A DNA stretch of 64,000 nt from Ideonella sp. (GTDB lineage: Bacteria; Pseudomonadota; Gammaproteobacteria; Burkholderiales; Burkholderiaceae_C), in the NCBI RefSeq assembly GCF_044358605.1, contig NZ_JBIKNQ010000013.1:3032-67031 (forward strand). Direction: 5' to 3'. Shown in pieces: positions 48,740-56,916 of this stretch. The translations under genes were made by a program, and so were the position numbers. The notes beneath the pieces were generated by a model that was not told the DNA's origin, did not search any database, and was given only the letters and a program-made list of their open reading frames with translations. Position 1 is the stretch's first letter. Each line of letters opens with the position of its first letter.

Positions 48740-50608
48740 ATGTCGTTCAGCTCAATCGCGTCGCCCTTTGTGGCGTTCTTCAAAGGCATTTGGTGGTTCC
48801 TGGATTTGTGCCGCCGCGCCTTCTTCAACTTGATCATCCTGTTGGTGCTGATCGCCATTGCGGTCGCCCTCTTCACCAGCAGCCCCGATAAGCCCAAGGA
48901 CAAAACCACACTGGTGCTGAACCTGCAGGGCAGGCTGGTGGAAGAAGTGGCGGGCTCGCCGCGCGAACACCTGCTGGCAGGCGCCCAGGGCGAGATGGTT
49001 CACCAGACCCGCCTGCGCGACGTGCTGGCGGCGCTGAAAGAAGCTTGCAAAGACCCCAACATCAGCCAAGCCGTGCTGGATGTGAGCGAGTTTGAAGGCG
49101 CAGGCATGGCCCAGCTGCGTGAGGTGGGCACCGCGCTGACGCAGTTCAAGGCTTGCAACAAGCCGGTGCTGAGCTACGGCGAGCACTACAGCCAAGCAGG
49201 CTACTACCTGGCCAGCCACGCCAGCGAGGTCCACCTGCACCCCATGGGCATGGTCGAGCTGAGCGGCTTTGGCCGCATGCGCAACTACTACAAAGACACG
49301 CTGGATCGCCTGGGCATCACCGTGCATTTGCTGCGCGTCGGCACCTTCAAAAGCTTTGGCGAGCCCTATATTGCCAACGCGCCCTCCAAGGCAGCGCTGG
49401 AGGCCGACGCCTTTTTGTATGACGCCCTTTGGGCCGACTACATGAGCGGCGTGGAAAGCCAGCGCAAACTGCCCGCAGGCAGCATCACCAAGCTCATCAA
49501 CACCCTGCCCGAAGCCCTCAAAGCCACCGGCGGCGACGGCGCCAAGCTGGCCCTGGACACCAAGCTGGTGGACAGCGTGATGACGCGCGACCAGTTCCGC
49601 GACAAGGTCATCAAGGGTGGCGCGTTGGACGAGAAAAAGGTGCGTCAAGTCAATGTGATTGACTATGCCCGCCAAGCGCCGCAACCTTCCACCATCGGCC
49701 CGGCAGTCGGCGTGGTGGTGGCTGAGGGCGAGATCGTCGACGGCTTTGCCAACCCCGGCACCGTCGGTGGTGACTCCACCGCCCGCCTCATCCGCCAAGC
49801 GCGTGAAGACGAACGCATCAAGGCCGTGGTCTTGCGCGTTAACTCCCCTGGCGGCAGCGCCTTGGCATCAGAGATCGTGCGCCGCGAGTTGGAAGTGACC
49901 CGCACCGCCGGCAAGCCCGTGGTCATCTCCATGGGCGACGTGGCCGCTTCGGGCGGCTATTGGATCAGCATGTCCAGCGACCGCGTGCTGGCCGACAAAG
50001 GCACCATCACCGGCTCCATCGGCGTGTTTGGCATGCTGCCCACGGCCGAAGGCCTGATGGACAAGCTCTCCATCCGCACCGGCGGCTACAGCACCACCTG
50101 GCTGGCTGGCGGCTATGACCCCCGCCGCGCCTTGGACCCGCGCATGGCCGAGGTGGTGCAAGCCGGCATCAACGACATCTACACCCGCTTCATCGGCCAA
50201 GCCGCTGCGGCGCGCAAGATGAAGCCCGAAGAGTTGGACGCCGTGGCCCAAGGCCGCGTCTGGACCGGCCAACAAGCCAAAGAGCGCGGCCTGGTGGACG
50301 AGTTGGGCGGCCTGCAAGACGCCATCACCGCCGCCACCAGCCTGGCCAAGCTCGACAAACCCGCCGTGGTGTACGTGGAGCCTGAACGCAGCCGCTTCGA
50401 CCGCCTGCTGGCCAGCTTGGGCGACCAAGCTGCTGTGAGCATCGCACCCCTGTTCCAAGGCTTGGTGAGCAGCAACACCAGCCCGCTGCACAACGCCGCT
50501 GCTTGGGCGGTTCGCCAAGACCAGGGTGAGCTGGCTTTGGCCCGCAAGCTGCTAGAGGGGCGCCAGCCTTATGCGGCGGCGGTGCATTGTTTGTGTATGG
50601 CGCCTTGA
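48740..50608 (+). CDS. sppA: signal peptide peptidase SppA, 67K type
   Basis: 622 aa, N-terminal TM segment, duplicated S49 domains, GDVAASGGYWIS. Confidence 0.92.
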   Translation: MSFSSIASPFVAFFKGIWWFLDLCRRAFFNLIILLVLIAIAVALFTSSPDKPKDKTTLVLNLQGRLVEEVAGSPREHLLAGAQGEMVHQTRLRDVLAALKEACKDPNISQAVLDVSEFEGAGMAQLREVGTALTQFKACNKPVLSYGEHYSQAGYYLASHASEVHLHPMGMVELSGFGRMRNYYKDTLDRLGITVHLLRVGTFKSFGEPYIANAPSKAALEADAFLYDALWADYMSGVESQRKLPAGSITKLINTLPEALKATGGDGAKLALDTKLVDSVMTRDQFRDKVIKGGALDEKKVRQVNVIDYARQAPQPSTIGPAVGVVVAEGEIVDGFANPGTVGGDSTARLIRQAREDERIKAVVLRVNSPGGSALASEIVRRELEVTRTAGKPVVISMGDVAASGGYWISMSSDRVLADKGTITGSIGVFGMLPTAEGLMDKLSIRTGGYSTTWLAGGYDPRRALDPRMAEVVQAGINDIYTRFIGQAAAARKMKPEELDAVAQGRVWTGQQAKERGLVDELGGLQDAITAATSLAKLDKPAVVYVEPERSRFDRLLASLGDQAAVSIAPLFQGLVSSNTSPLHNAAAWAVRQDQGELALARKLLEGRQPYAAAVHCLCMAP

Positions 50609-50631
50609 GTGCGGGTTTGTAGCCTGCGAGG

Positions 50632-50863
50632 CCCTGTCGCGGGGCAGGCCTCAGGGCTCATGGAGAGGCGGTCGGCTACGCCGACTGCCTTCGGTGCTCG
50701 GGCAAGGCCGTGCGCCGTCAAACTCCCTCCGCTCGCATGCGCTCGCTATGGTCAAACAGTGACGGCGAGTATGTTTTTGAAGCGCGTGAATACACGCGCC
50801 ACGCCCTTGCCCTGCGCGCCTCAGCGCCTCTCAAATCGCCCTAAGACCTACCCCGCGCCAGGG
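50632..50863 (+). mobile_element. MITE-like structured repeat, family A, copy 1 (232 bp)
   Basis: Imperfect 25-bp terminal inverted repeats: CCCTGTCGCGGGGCAGGCCTCAGGG and its near-complement at 50839-50863. The core matches the inverted copy at 51681-51916 at roughly 85 percent by eye. Confidence 0.6.
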
Positions 50864-51061
50864 CGGGTGGTGTAGTGGCACGGCGCGGCACATGACAGTG
50901 GGAGCCTCATGCGTCCACGCCAGAACTCAATCGACGCTTGCGGTGAATGCATGCGTTTCATAGAGGGGCGTGACTCAGCGACTGGCTAATCAGCAATGCA
51001 CGGCTTTGCCTCTCAGCGCCCCGCGTCCGAAAGGAGCAGGGCCGATAACCTCGTTTGAGAG

Positions 51062-51376
51062 CTACTTCTTCAAACCGGTTTGTTTTTCCCAAGCGGTCAA
51101 GACAGCATCGAGGCGTTTGGCATGTTCTTCTTGGGTGGAGAGGATCATCTCCGTTCGCTTTTGCTGCCCTTCGGCGACATCAAGCTGTTGAGTCACGCGG
51201 GCCAACTGTCTTTCATATGCGTCCATCTGCGCCTGCGCATCTTGCGCTGATGCTGCATTGTCCTGGGCTGGAGGAGCTGCTATTGGTCGAAGAACCCCCA
51301 GCCACACTCCCCAAAAGATGGTGGTGAAGGCAGCACACTTTGCGCAGAACAGTGCAAAGGCCTTGATCGTTGGCAT
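51062..51376 (-). CDS. small orphan protein (104 aa): N-terminal TM helix plus coiled-coil
   Basis: ATG 51376 with GGGGAG 8 nt upstream. AFALFCAKCAAFTTIFWGVWLGVL, then a Gln/Ala/Glu-rich helix. Locally lower GC. Confidence 0.5.
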   Translation of the reverse strand: MPTIKAFALFCAKCAAFTTIFWGVWLGVLRPIAAPPAQDNAASAQDAQAQMDAYERQLARVTQQLDVAEGQQKRTEMILSTQEEHAKRLDAVLTAWEKQTGLKK

Positions 51377-51680
51377 GAGAAACGCTCCCCAGATTTTGTG
51401 TTTAGATAAAGCATCTACCCCCGAAAAGCCGTCGCCTGAACGAGACTGCCTTGAACGCAGTCAAGCGCTTGTCGGGAGGAGTGCATGTCTGATTGATTGG
51501 ACTTCTGAAAGGCAATCGCGAACTGGCACTTCGGCAGCGCAGCATTATGGCGACCAACCCGTGGCCTACGGTGACTTTGCGTGCTCTGAAGTCTTCAGTT
51601 GGGGTGCCTCCCCTGCGCGCCATCTGCGATTCCAGCGGAAGATCATCACGCCAATCGTGCAGGCCACCAACGCTGGACCT

Positions 51681-51916
51681 GCGCTGCCACAGGCCGTGGC
51701 CCGGGGCGATTTCTTCGGCGCCGAGGCGCGCAGGGCAAGGGCGTGGCGCGCGACCTCGCGCGCTTCAAGAACATACTCGCCGTCACTGTTTGACCAAAGT
51801 GAGCCGCAGGCGAACGGCGGGAGTTTGACGGCGCACGCCCTTGGCCGAGCACCGAGGGCAGTTGGCTTTAGCCACCCGCCGATGCATGAGCCCCGGGCCA
51901 CGGCCTGTGGCAGCGC
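51681..51916 (-). mobile_element. MITE-like structured repeat, family A, copy 2 (236 bp, inverted relative to copy 1)
   Basis: Perfect 26-bp terminal inverted repeats: GCGCTGCCACAGGCCGTGGCCCGGGG at 51681-51706 and its complement at 51891-51916. Confidence 0.6.
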
Positions 51917-52044
51917 ACGCGCAAGCCCCTGCAGGCACCCTAGCCCATTCGCGCAAAAACGCCCGTTTCGTCCCACGCTGGTACAGCAACCCTGCGCCCA
52001 ACAGGCTTAATCAGGGTTTGCACTGCCTTCCTAAAACACAGCGC

Positions 52045-52062
52045 TATGCAGATCATTGCATA
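52045..52062. promoter_or_regulatory. TATGCA-N6-TGCATA inverted repeat upstream of aorA, shared with the tupB upstream region
   Basis: TATGCAgatcatTGCATA, 87 nt upstream of ATG 52149. Confidence 0.45.
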
Positions 52063-52148
52063 ACCCCAACCCAGGAGGACGGCGCCCGTGTGGCACCCAG
52101 CCCTTCGAGGCTGTCCCATACCCTGGACCGACTGCGAAAGAGACAACC

Positions 52149-52628
52149 ATGCAGAAGAGCCTTCATATCAACCCGGAGAAGTGCACCGGGTGCCTGCAGT
52201 GCGAAATGGCCTGCAGCTATGAAAACTACGGCGTGTTTGCGCCGGCCAAGTCGCGCATCAAGGTGTTCGACTTCCATGAGACGGGCCGCAAAGTGCCCTA
52301 CACCTGCACCCAGTGCGACGAAGCCTGGTGCTTGCATGCCTGCCCGGTCGAGGCCATTACCGTTGACAAGGCCACTGGCGCCAAAGTCGTGTCCGAGAGC
52401 ACCTGCGTGGGCTGCAAGGTCTGCACCATCTCCTGCCCGTTTGGCACGGTCAACTACGTGCAAGAGACCGGCAAGGTCCAGAAGTGCGACCTCTGCGGCG
52501 GCGACCCCGCTTGCGCCACCGCCTGCCCCACCGGCGCCATCACCTATGTGGACGCCAACTGGACGGGCCTGAACAAGATGGCCGCCTGGGCTGACAAGCT
52601 CGGCAACCAACCTTCCTCAGCAGCTTAA
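52149..52628 (+). CDS. aorA: 4Fe-4S multicluster ferredoxin-like subunit of tungsten aldehyde oxidoreductase (AorA type)
   Basis: Four Cys clusters: CTGCLQCEMAC, CTQCDEAWCLHAC, CVGCKVCTISC, CDLCGGDPACATAC. Start trimmed to ATG 52149. Confidence 0.85.
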   Translation: MQKSLHINPEKCTGCLQCEMACSYENYGVFAPAKSRIKVFDFHETGRKVPYTCTQCDEAWCLHACPVEAITVDKATGAKVVSESTCVGCKVCTISCPFGTVNYVQETGKVQKCDLCGGDPACATACPTGAITYVDANWTGLNKMAAWADKLGNQPSSAA

Positions 52629-52638
52629 AGGAACACAT

Positions 52639-54495
52639 ATGTCTTGGGCTGGAAAACTTCTCCGCGTCAACCTGACCAACGGCACGGTGGCCTCTGAGCC
52701 GCTGCGCATGGATTGGGCCAAGCAATACCTGGGCTCGCGTGGCCTGGCGTCTAAATACCTGGTCGAAGAAATCGACCCCAAGGTCGACCCGCTGTCGCCC
52801 GACAACAAAATCATCTGGTCCACCGGCCCGCTGACCGGCACCATGGCCTCCACCGGCGGCCGCTACACCGTGGTCACCAAGGGCCCGCTGACAGGCGCCA
52901 TTGCCTGCTCCAACTCGGGCGGCTACTGGGGCGCCGAGCTGAAGATGGCCGGCTGGGACATGGTCATTTTTGAAGGCAAGTCACCCAAGCCGGTGTACCT
53001 GTCCATCGAAAACGATGTGGCCGAACTCAAAGACGCTTCGCACCTCTGGGGCAAGACGGTTTGGGACACTGAGAAAGCCATCAAGGCTGCTCACCAAGAC
53101 CCGCTGGCTCGGGTCTCCAGCATCGGTGGTGCTGGTGAGAACCTCGTGCTGTTCGCCGCTGTGGTGAACGACCTGCACCGTGCAGCCGGCCGCTCGGGCG
53201 TGGGCGCAGTGATGGGCAGCAAGAACCTGAAGGCGGTGGTGGTGCGTGGCACCAAGGGCGTGGGCAACTTGGTCAACCCCAAGGAGTTCATGCGCGTCAC
53301 GGCCGAGAAGAAGAAGATCTTGGCCGAGAACGGCGTCACTGGCGTGGGCCTGCCCGCCATGGGCACCCAGGTGCTGATGAGCGTGATCAACGAAGTGGGC
53401 GCCCTGCCCACCCGCAACCACCGCGATGTGCAGTTTGAAGGTGCAGGCGACATTGGCGCTGAAGCCATGGGCCGCCCCCGCACCGCACCGGGCAGCGACG
53501 GCAAGAAGCCCCTGGTCACCAACCAAGCCTGCTTTGGTTGCACCATTGCTTGCGGCCGCATTCAAAAGATCGACCAGAACCACTTTACCGTCGAGAACAA
53601 GCCGCAATACTGGGGTGCCTCTGGCGGCCTGGAGTACGAAGCGGCTTGGGCCCTGGGCGCTGCCAACGGCGTGAACGACCTGGACACCCTGCAATACGCC
53701 AACGTGCTGTGCAATGAGCACGGCATGGACCCCATCACCTTCGGCGCCACCATCGGCGCGGTGATGGAACTGTACGAAATGGGCGTGCTGACCAAAGAGC
53801 AAATTGGCATCGACGCCAAATTTGGCTCGGCCCAAGCGCTGGCTTACTTTGCCGAAATCACGGCCAAGGGCGAAGGCTTTGGCAAAGAGATCGGCCAGGG
53901 CTCTAAGCGCCTGACCGCCAAGTACGGCCACCCGGACCTGTCCATGTCGGTCAAGGGCCAAGAGTTCCCAGCCTACGACGGCCGTGGCATCCAAGGCATT
54001 GGCTTGGCTTATGCCACGTCCAACCGCGGTGCTTGCCACCTGCGCGGCTACACCATCGCCTCTGAGGTGCTGGGCATCCCTGTCAAGACCGACCCGTTGG
54101 AATCTAACGGCAAACCTGAGCTGGTTAAGGCCTTCCAAGACGCCACCGCCGCGTTTGACGCCGCCGGCGTGTGCATCTTCACCAGCTTTGCCTGGGGCTT
54201 GGCCGATGTGCAGCCGCAAGTGGCCGCCGCCTGCGGCGACGAGTTCACCCTGGAGAACTTGAACACCATCGGCGAGCGCATCTGGAACATGGAGCGTGAT
54301 TTCAACAACCGCGCTGGCTTCACCTCCAAAGATGACTCCCTGCCCAAGCGCCTGCTGACCGAGCCCGCCAAGACCGGCCCCGCCAAGGGCATGGTCAACA
54401 AGCTGGGCGAGATGCTGCCGATCTACTACGACATCCGTGGTTGGGACGCCGACGGCCAGCTCAAGCCAGAGACCCGCAGCCGTCTGGGTCTGTGA
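52639..54495 (+). CDS. aorB: tungsten-pterin aldehyde:ferredoxin oxidoreductase-family catalytic subunit (AorB type)
   Basis: MSWAGKLLRVNLTNG..., GSRGLASKYL, ACFGCTIACGR plus GACHLRG (4Fe-4S ligands); 618 aa. Confidence 0.9.
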   Translation: MSWAGKLLRVNLTNGTVASEPLRMDWAKQYLGSRGLASKYLVEEIDPKVDPLSPDNKIIWSTGPLTGTMASTGGRYTVVTKGPLTGAIACSNSGGYWGAELKMAGWDMVIFEGKSPKPVYLSIENDVAELKDASHLWGKTVWDTEKAIKAAHQDPLARVSSIGGAGENLVLFAAVVNDLHRAAGRSGVGAVMGSKNLKAVVVRGTKGVGNLVNPKEFMRVTAEKKKILAENGVTGVGLPAMGTQVLMSVINEVGALPTRNHRDVQFEGAGDIGAEAMGRPRTAPGSDGKKPLVTNQACFGCTIACGRIQKIDQNHFTVENKPQYWGASGGLEYEAAWALGAANGVNDLDTLQYANVLCNEHGMDPITFGATIGAVMELYEMGVLTKEQIGIDAKFGSAQALAYFAEITAKGEGFGKEIGQGSKRLTAKYGHPDLSMSVKGQEFPAYDGRGIQGIGLAYATSNRGACHLRGYTIASEVLGIPVKTDPLESNGKPELVKAFQDATAAFDAAGVCIFTSFAWGLADVQPQVAAACGDEFTLENLNTIGERIWNMERDFNNRAGFTSKDDSLPKRLLTEPAKTGPAKGMVNKLGEMLPIYYDIRGWDADGQLKPETRSRLGL

Positions 54496-54620
54496 GGGCT
54501 TGCTGAAGACCGCCACAGAGACACAGAGGCACAGAGAGAGAGAAGCCCAGGGCTTTGCTAGCTCAACCCGCTGGCGTCTCTGGCGGAGGGCCTTTGTGGC
54601 TGTGGCGTCAACCTGACCCC

Positions 54621-54647
54621 AAGGCGGTGCTGAGCACCGCCTTTTTT
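54621..54647 (+). terminator. strong rho-independent terminator inside the aor operon, between aorB and aorC
   Basis: AAGGCGGTGC-tga-GCACCGCCTT running into TTTTTT. It ends 16 nt before the aorC ATG. Confidence 0.7.
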
Positions 54648-54662
54648 CTGAGACCATTCACC

Positions 54663-56060
54663 ATGAAGCACGTCATCCTCGGTGCCGGCCCGGCCGGTGT
54701 CATTGCGGCCGAGACCCTCCGCAAGCACGCCCCCAACGACCAGATCGTGGTCATTGGCGACGAGCCCGAAGCGCCCTACTCCCGCATGGCCATTCCTTAC
54801 CTGCTGATTGGCAAGGTTGGTGAAGAAGGTACCCACCTGCGCCACACACCCGGCCACTTTGCCGCGCTGCGGGTGGAGCTGCGCCATGGCCGTGCCAAGG
54901 CGGTGGACATCACCGCCCGCGCCGTGGTGCTGGAAGACGGCAGCCGCGAGTCGTTTGACAAGCTGCTCATCTGCACCGGCTCTTCGCCCGTGCAGCCCCC
55001 CGTGCCCGGCATCACCGGCCCCGGCGTGCACACCTGCTGGACGCTGGAAGACGCTCGCGCCATCATGACCCTGGCCAAGCCGGGTGCGCGCGTGCTGCAG
55101 ATGGGTGCGGGCTTCATCGGCTGCATCATCATGGAGTCACTCGCCATGCGCGGCGTGCGGCTCAGCGTGGTGGAAATGGGCGACCGCATGGTGCCCCGCA
55201 TGATGGGCCCCACCGCCGGCCGCATGATCAAGCAATGGTGCGAAGCCAAGGGCGTGAAGGTCTATACCGGCGCGCGGGTGGATGCGATTGAGCGCGCGGG
55301 CAGCGCCGCCGCTGCGCCAGCACCGGCCGCCGCCGAGCCCGGCCTGCTCAGCAAGCTGGCCTCGGCCATCGGCCTGGGCAGCGCGCCAGCACCCGCCCCA
55401 GCACCCGCTGCGGCGGCGGGCAGCGCCAGCGGTGCGATGCAGGTCAAGCTCTCTACCGGGCAAGTGCTGGAAGCCGACTTGGTGATCTCCGCCACCGGCG
55501 TGCGGCCCAACATCGGCTTTCTGGAGAACAGCGGCATCACCTGCTTGGTGGGCATCCTGACCGACGAACACCTGCAAACCAATGTGCCCGGCATCTATGC
55601 GGCGGGCGATTGCGCCGAAGCCTTTGACAAGGTCAGCGGCAAGACCATCGTCAGCGCCATCCAGCCCAATGCCGCCGAGCAAGCCCGCGTGGCGGCCCTG
55701 AACATGGCAGGCCAAACCACCAGCCTGAAGGGCGTGACCCAGATCAACGTGCTGGACACGCTGGGCATGATCTCCGCCAGCTTTGGCAAATGGGACGGCG
55801 TGCCCGGCGGCCAGCATGTGGAGCTGACCGACGAGGCCAATGGCAAGCTCTTAAGCCTGCAGTTCGACCACGAAAAACTGGTGGGCTGCAACTCCATCGG
55901 CTGGACCGAGCATGTGGGCGTGATGCGCGGCCTGGTGGAAGGCGAAGTGAAACTGGGTGAGTGGCGCGAGAAGCTGATGGCCGACCCCACGCAGTTGATG
56001 AGCGCCTACCTGGCCACGGCCCAGGCCCAGAGTGCCCATGCGCACATCAAGCCTCGGTGA
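54663..56060 (+). CDS. aorC: FAD-dependent pyridine-nucleotide oxidoreductase subunit (AorC type)
   Basis: MKHVILGAGPAGVIAAE (FAD), QMGAGFIGCI (NAD), AAGDCAE. Start trimmed to ATG 54663. Confidence 0.85.
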   Translation: MKHVILGAGPAGVIAAETLRKHAPNDQIVVIGDEPEAPYSRMAIPYLLIGKVGEEGTHLRHTPGHFAALRVELRHGRAKAVDITARAVVLEDGSRESFDKLLICTGSSPVQPPVPGITGPGVHTCWTLEDARAIMTLAKPGARVLQMGAGFIGCIIMESLAMRGVRLSVVEMGDRMVPRMMGPTAGRMIKQWCEAKGVKVYTGARVDAIERAGSAAAAPAPAAAEPGLLSKLASAIGLGSAPAPAPAPAAAAGSASGAMQVKLSTGQVLEADLVISATGVRPNIGFLENSGITCLVGILTDEHLQTNVPGIYAAGDCAEAFDKVSGKTIVSAIQPNAAEQARVAALNMAGQTTSLKGVTQINVLDTLGMISASFGKWDGVPGGQHVELTDEANGKLLSLQFDHEKLVGCNSIGWTEHVGVMRGLVEGEVKLGEWREKLMADPTQLMSAYLATAQAQSAHAHIKPR

Positions 56061-56067
56061 TTGCACC

Positions 56068-56336
56068 TAGGGCCTGTTAACACTACGGCAAGGGGACGCG
56101 TTGTGAGTCAAAAAGGACGCAGGCAAGACGCAAACCGGAGCCGGGCTGCCCGCCCGGCGAGGATTTGCAACGCCGCATGCGCCCTTTTTGGCCACAACCC
56201 GAAGGGAAGCGGCGACTTGGGGTGCCCCTCGTCGTTGCAACGCTTGCCCGCACATCAGTGCGGGCGGCGCATTGCGCCTAGATGGGCACCCCAATTCACC
56301 GCTTCGCGCCCCTTGCCGAAGTGTTAACAGGCCCTA
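56068..56336. mobile_element. MITE-like element, family B (269 bp) with 28-bp terminal inverted repeats
   Basis: TAGGGCCTGTTAACACTACGGCAAGGGG at 56068-56095 matches the reverse complement of 56309-56336 at 27 of 28 positions. TA at both outer ends. Two long internal hairpins. Confidence 0.65.
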
Positions 56337-56346
56337 ACATCGCCGC

Positions 56347-56601
56347 ATGCAAATCACCTTCAAGCTCTTTGCCACGCTGACCGACTACCTGCCGGTCGAC
56401 AAGCGCAACAGCAACCAGATGGCCCTGGAGGTGGCCCCCGAGGCCACCATCCTGGGCATCATCGAGCCCTTTGGCGTGCCGCTCAAGCTGGTGCACTTGG
56501 TGCTGGTCAACGGCACCTATGTCCCGCCCGAAGAGCGCGCCAGCCGCACCCTGCAAGAGGGCGACGTCCTCGCCATCTGGCCGCCCATTGCGGGTGGGTG
56601 A
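56347..56601 (+). CDS. aorD: MoaD/ThiS-family sulfur-carrier-like protein (AorD position)
   Basis: 84 aa, MQITFKLFATL..., C-terminal ...PPIAGG. Confidence 0.8.
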   Translation: MQITFKLFATLTDYLPVDKRNSNQMALEVAPEATILGIIEPFGVPLKLVHLVLVNGTYVPPEERASRTLQEGDVLAIWPPIAGG

Positions 56602-56607
56602 GGCTGA

Positions 56608-56907
56608 GTGCCCACGATCCCAGAAACCTTCAGCCGCGACACCGGCGGCACCCCCGCCGACTGGCTGCGTTGGCTGCCCGGCGCCTGCCGTAAGCACGCC
56701 CTAAGCCTGCCCACCGAGCACAGCGCCATCGTCACGATTGGCCAAGGCTCGCTCCACCTGCACTGGGACGTGCTCCCCCCTCGCGCCCTGGGCCTAGCCC
56801 GCTTTCCTCACCTGATGGTGAGCTATCGGTTTGAAGGCGTGGGCGAGTCTGAACGCGAGACGTTCATGCGCTATTTCGACCTGTATATGCAGCGGGGTGG
56901 AGGCTGA
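56608..56907 (+). CDS. small conserved-looking hypothetical protein, last gene of the aor cluster
   Basis: GTG start 56608, 99 aa, no motif recognised. Coding assumed from position and codon bias. Confidence 0.5.
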   Translation: MPTIPETFSRDTGGTPADWLRWLPGACRKHALSLPTEHSAIVTIGQGSLHLHWDVLPPRALGLARFPHLMVSYRFEGVGESERETFMRYFDLYMQRGGG

Positions 56908-56916
56908 CCGCAGCCC

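Noticed and set aside
52091-52107. TGGCAC motif upstream of aorA as a sigma-54 promoter.
   Set aside because: The -12 region reads CTTC, and no GC sits at the required spacing from the GG. It does not fit the -24/-12 geometry, unlike the site at 41847-41862.
54514-54545. CACAGAG-type short repeats, and the MITE copies elsewhere, considered as a CRISPR array.
   Set aside because: The repeat units are only 7-8 nt and contiguous, with no spacers. The MITEs occur in 1-2 copies in inverted orientation. No repeat-spacer periodicity or cas genes appear anywhere in the window.
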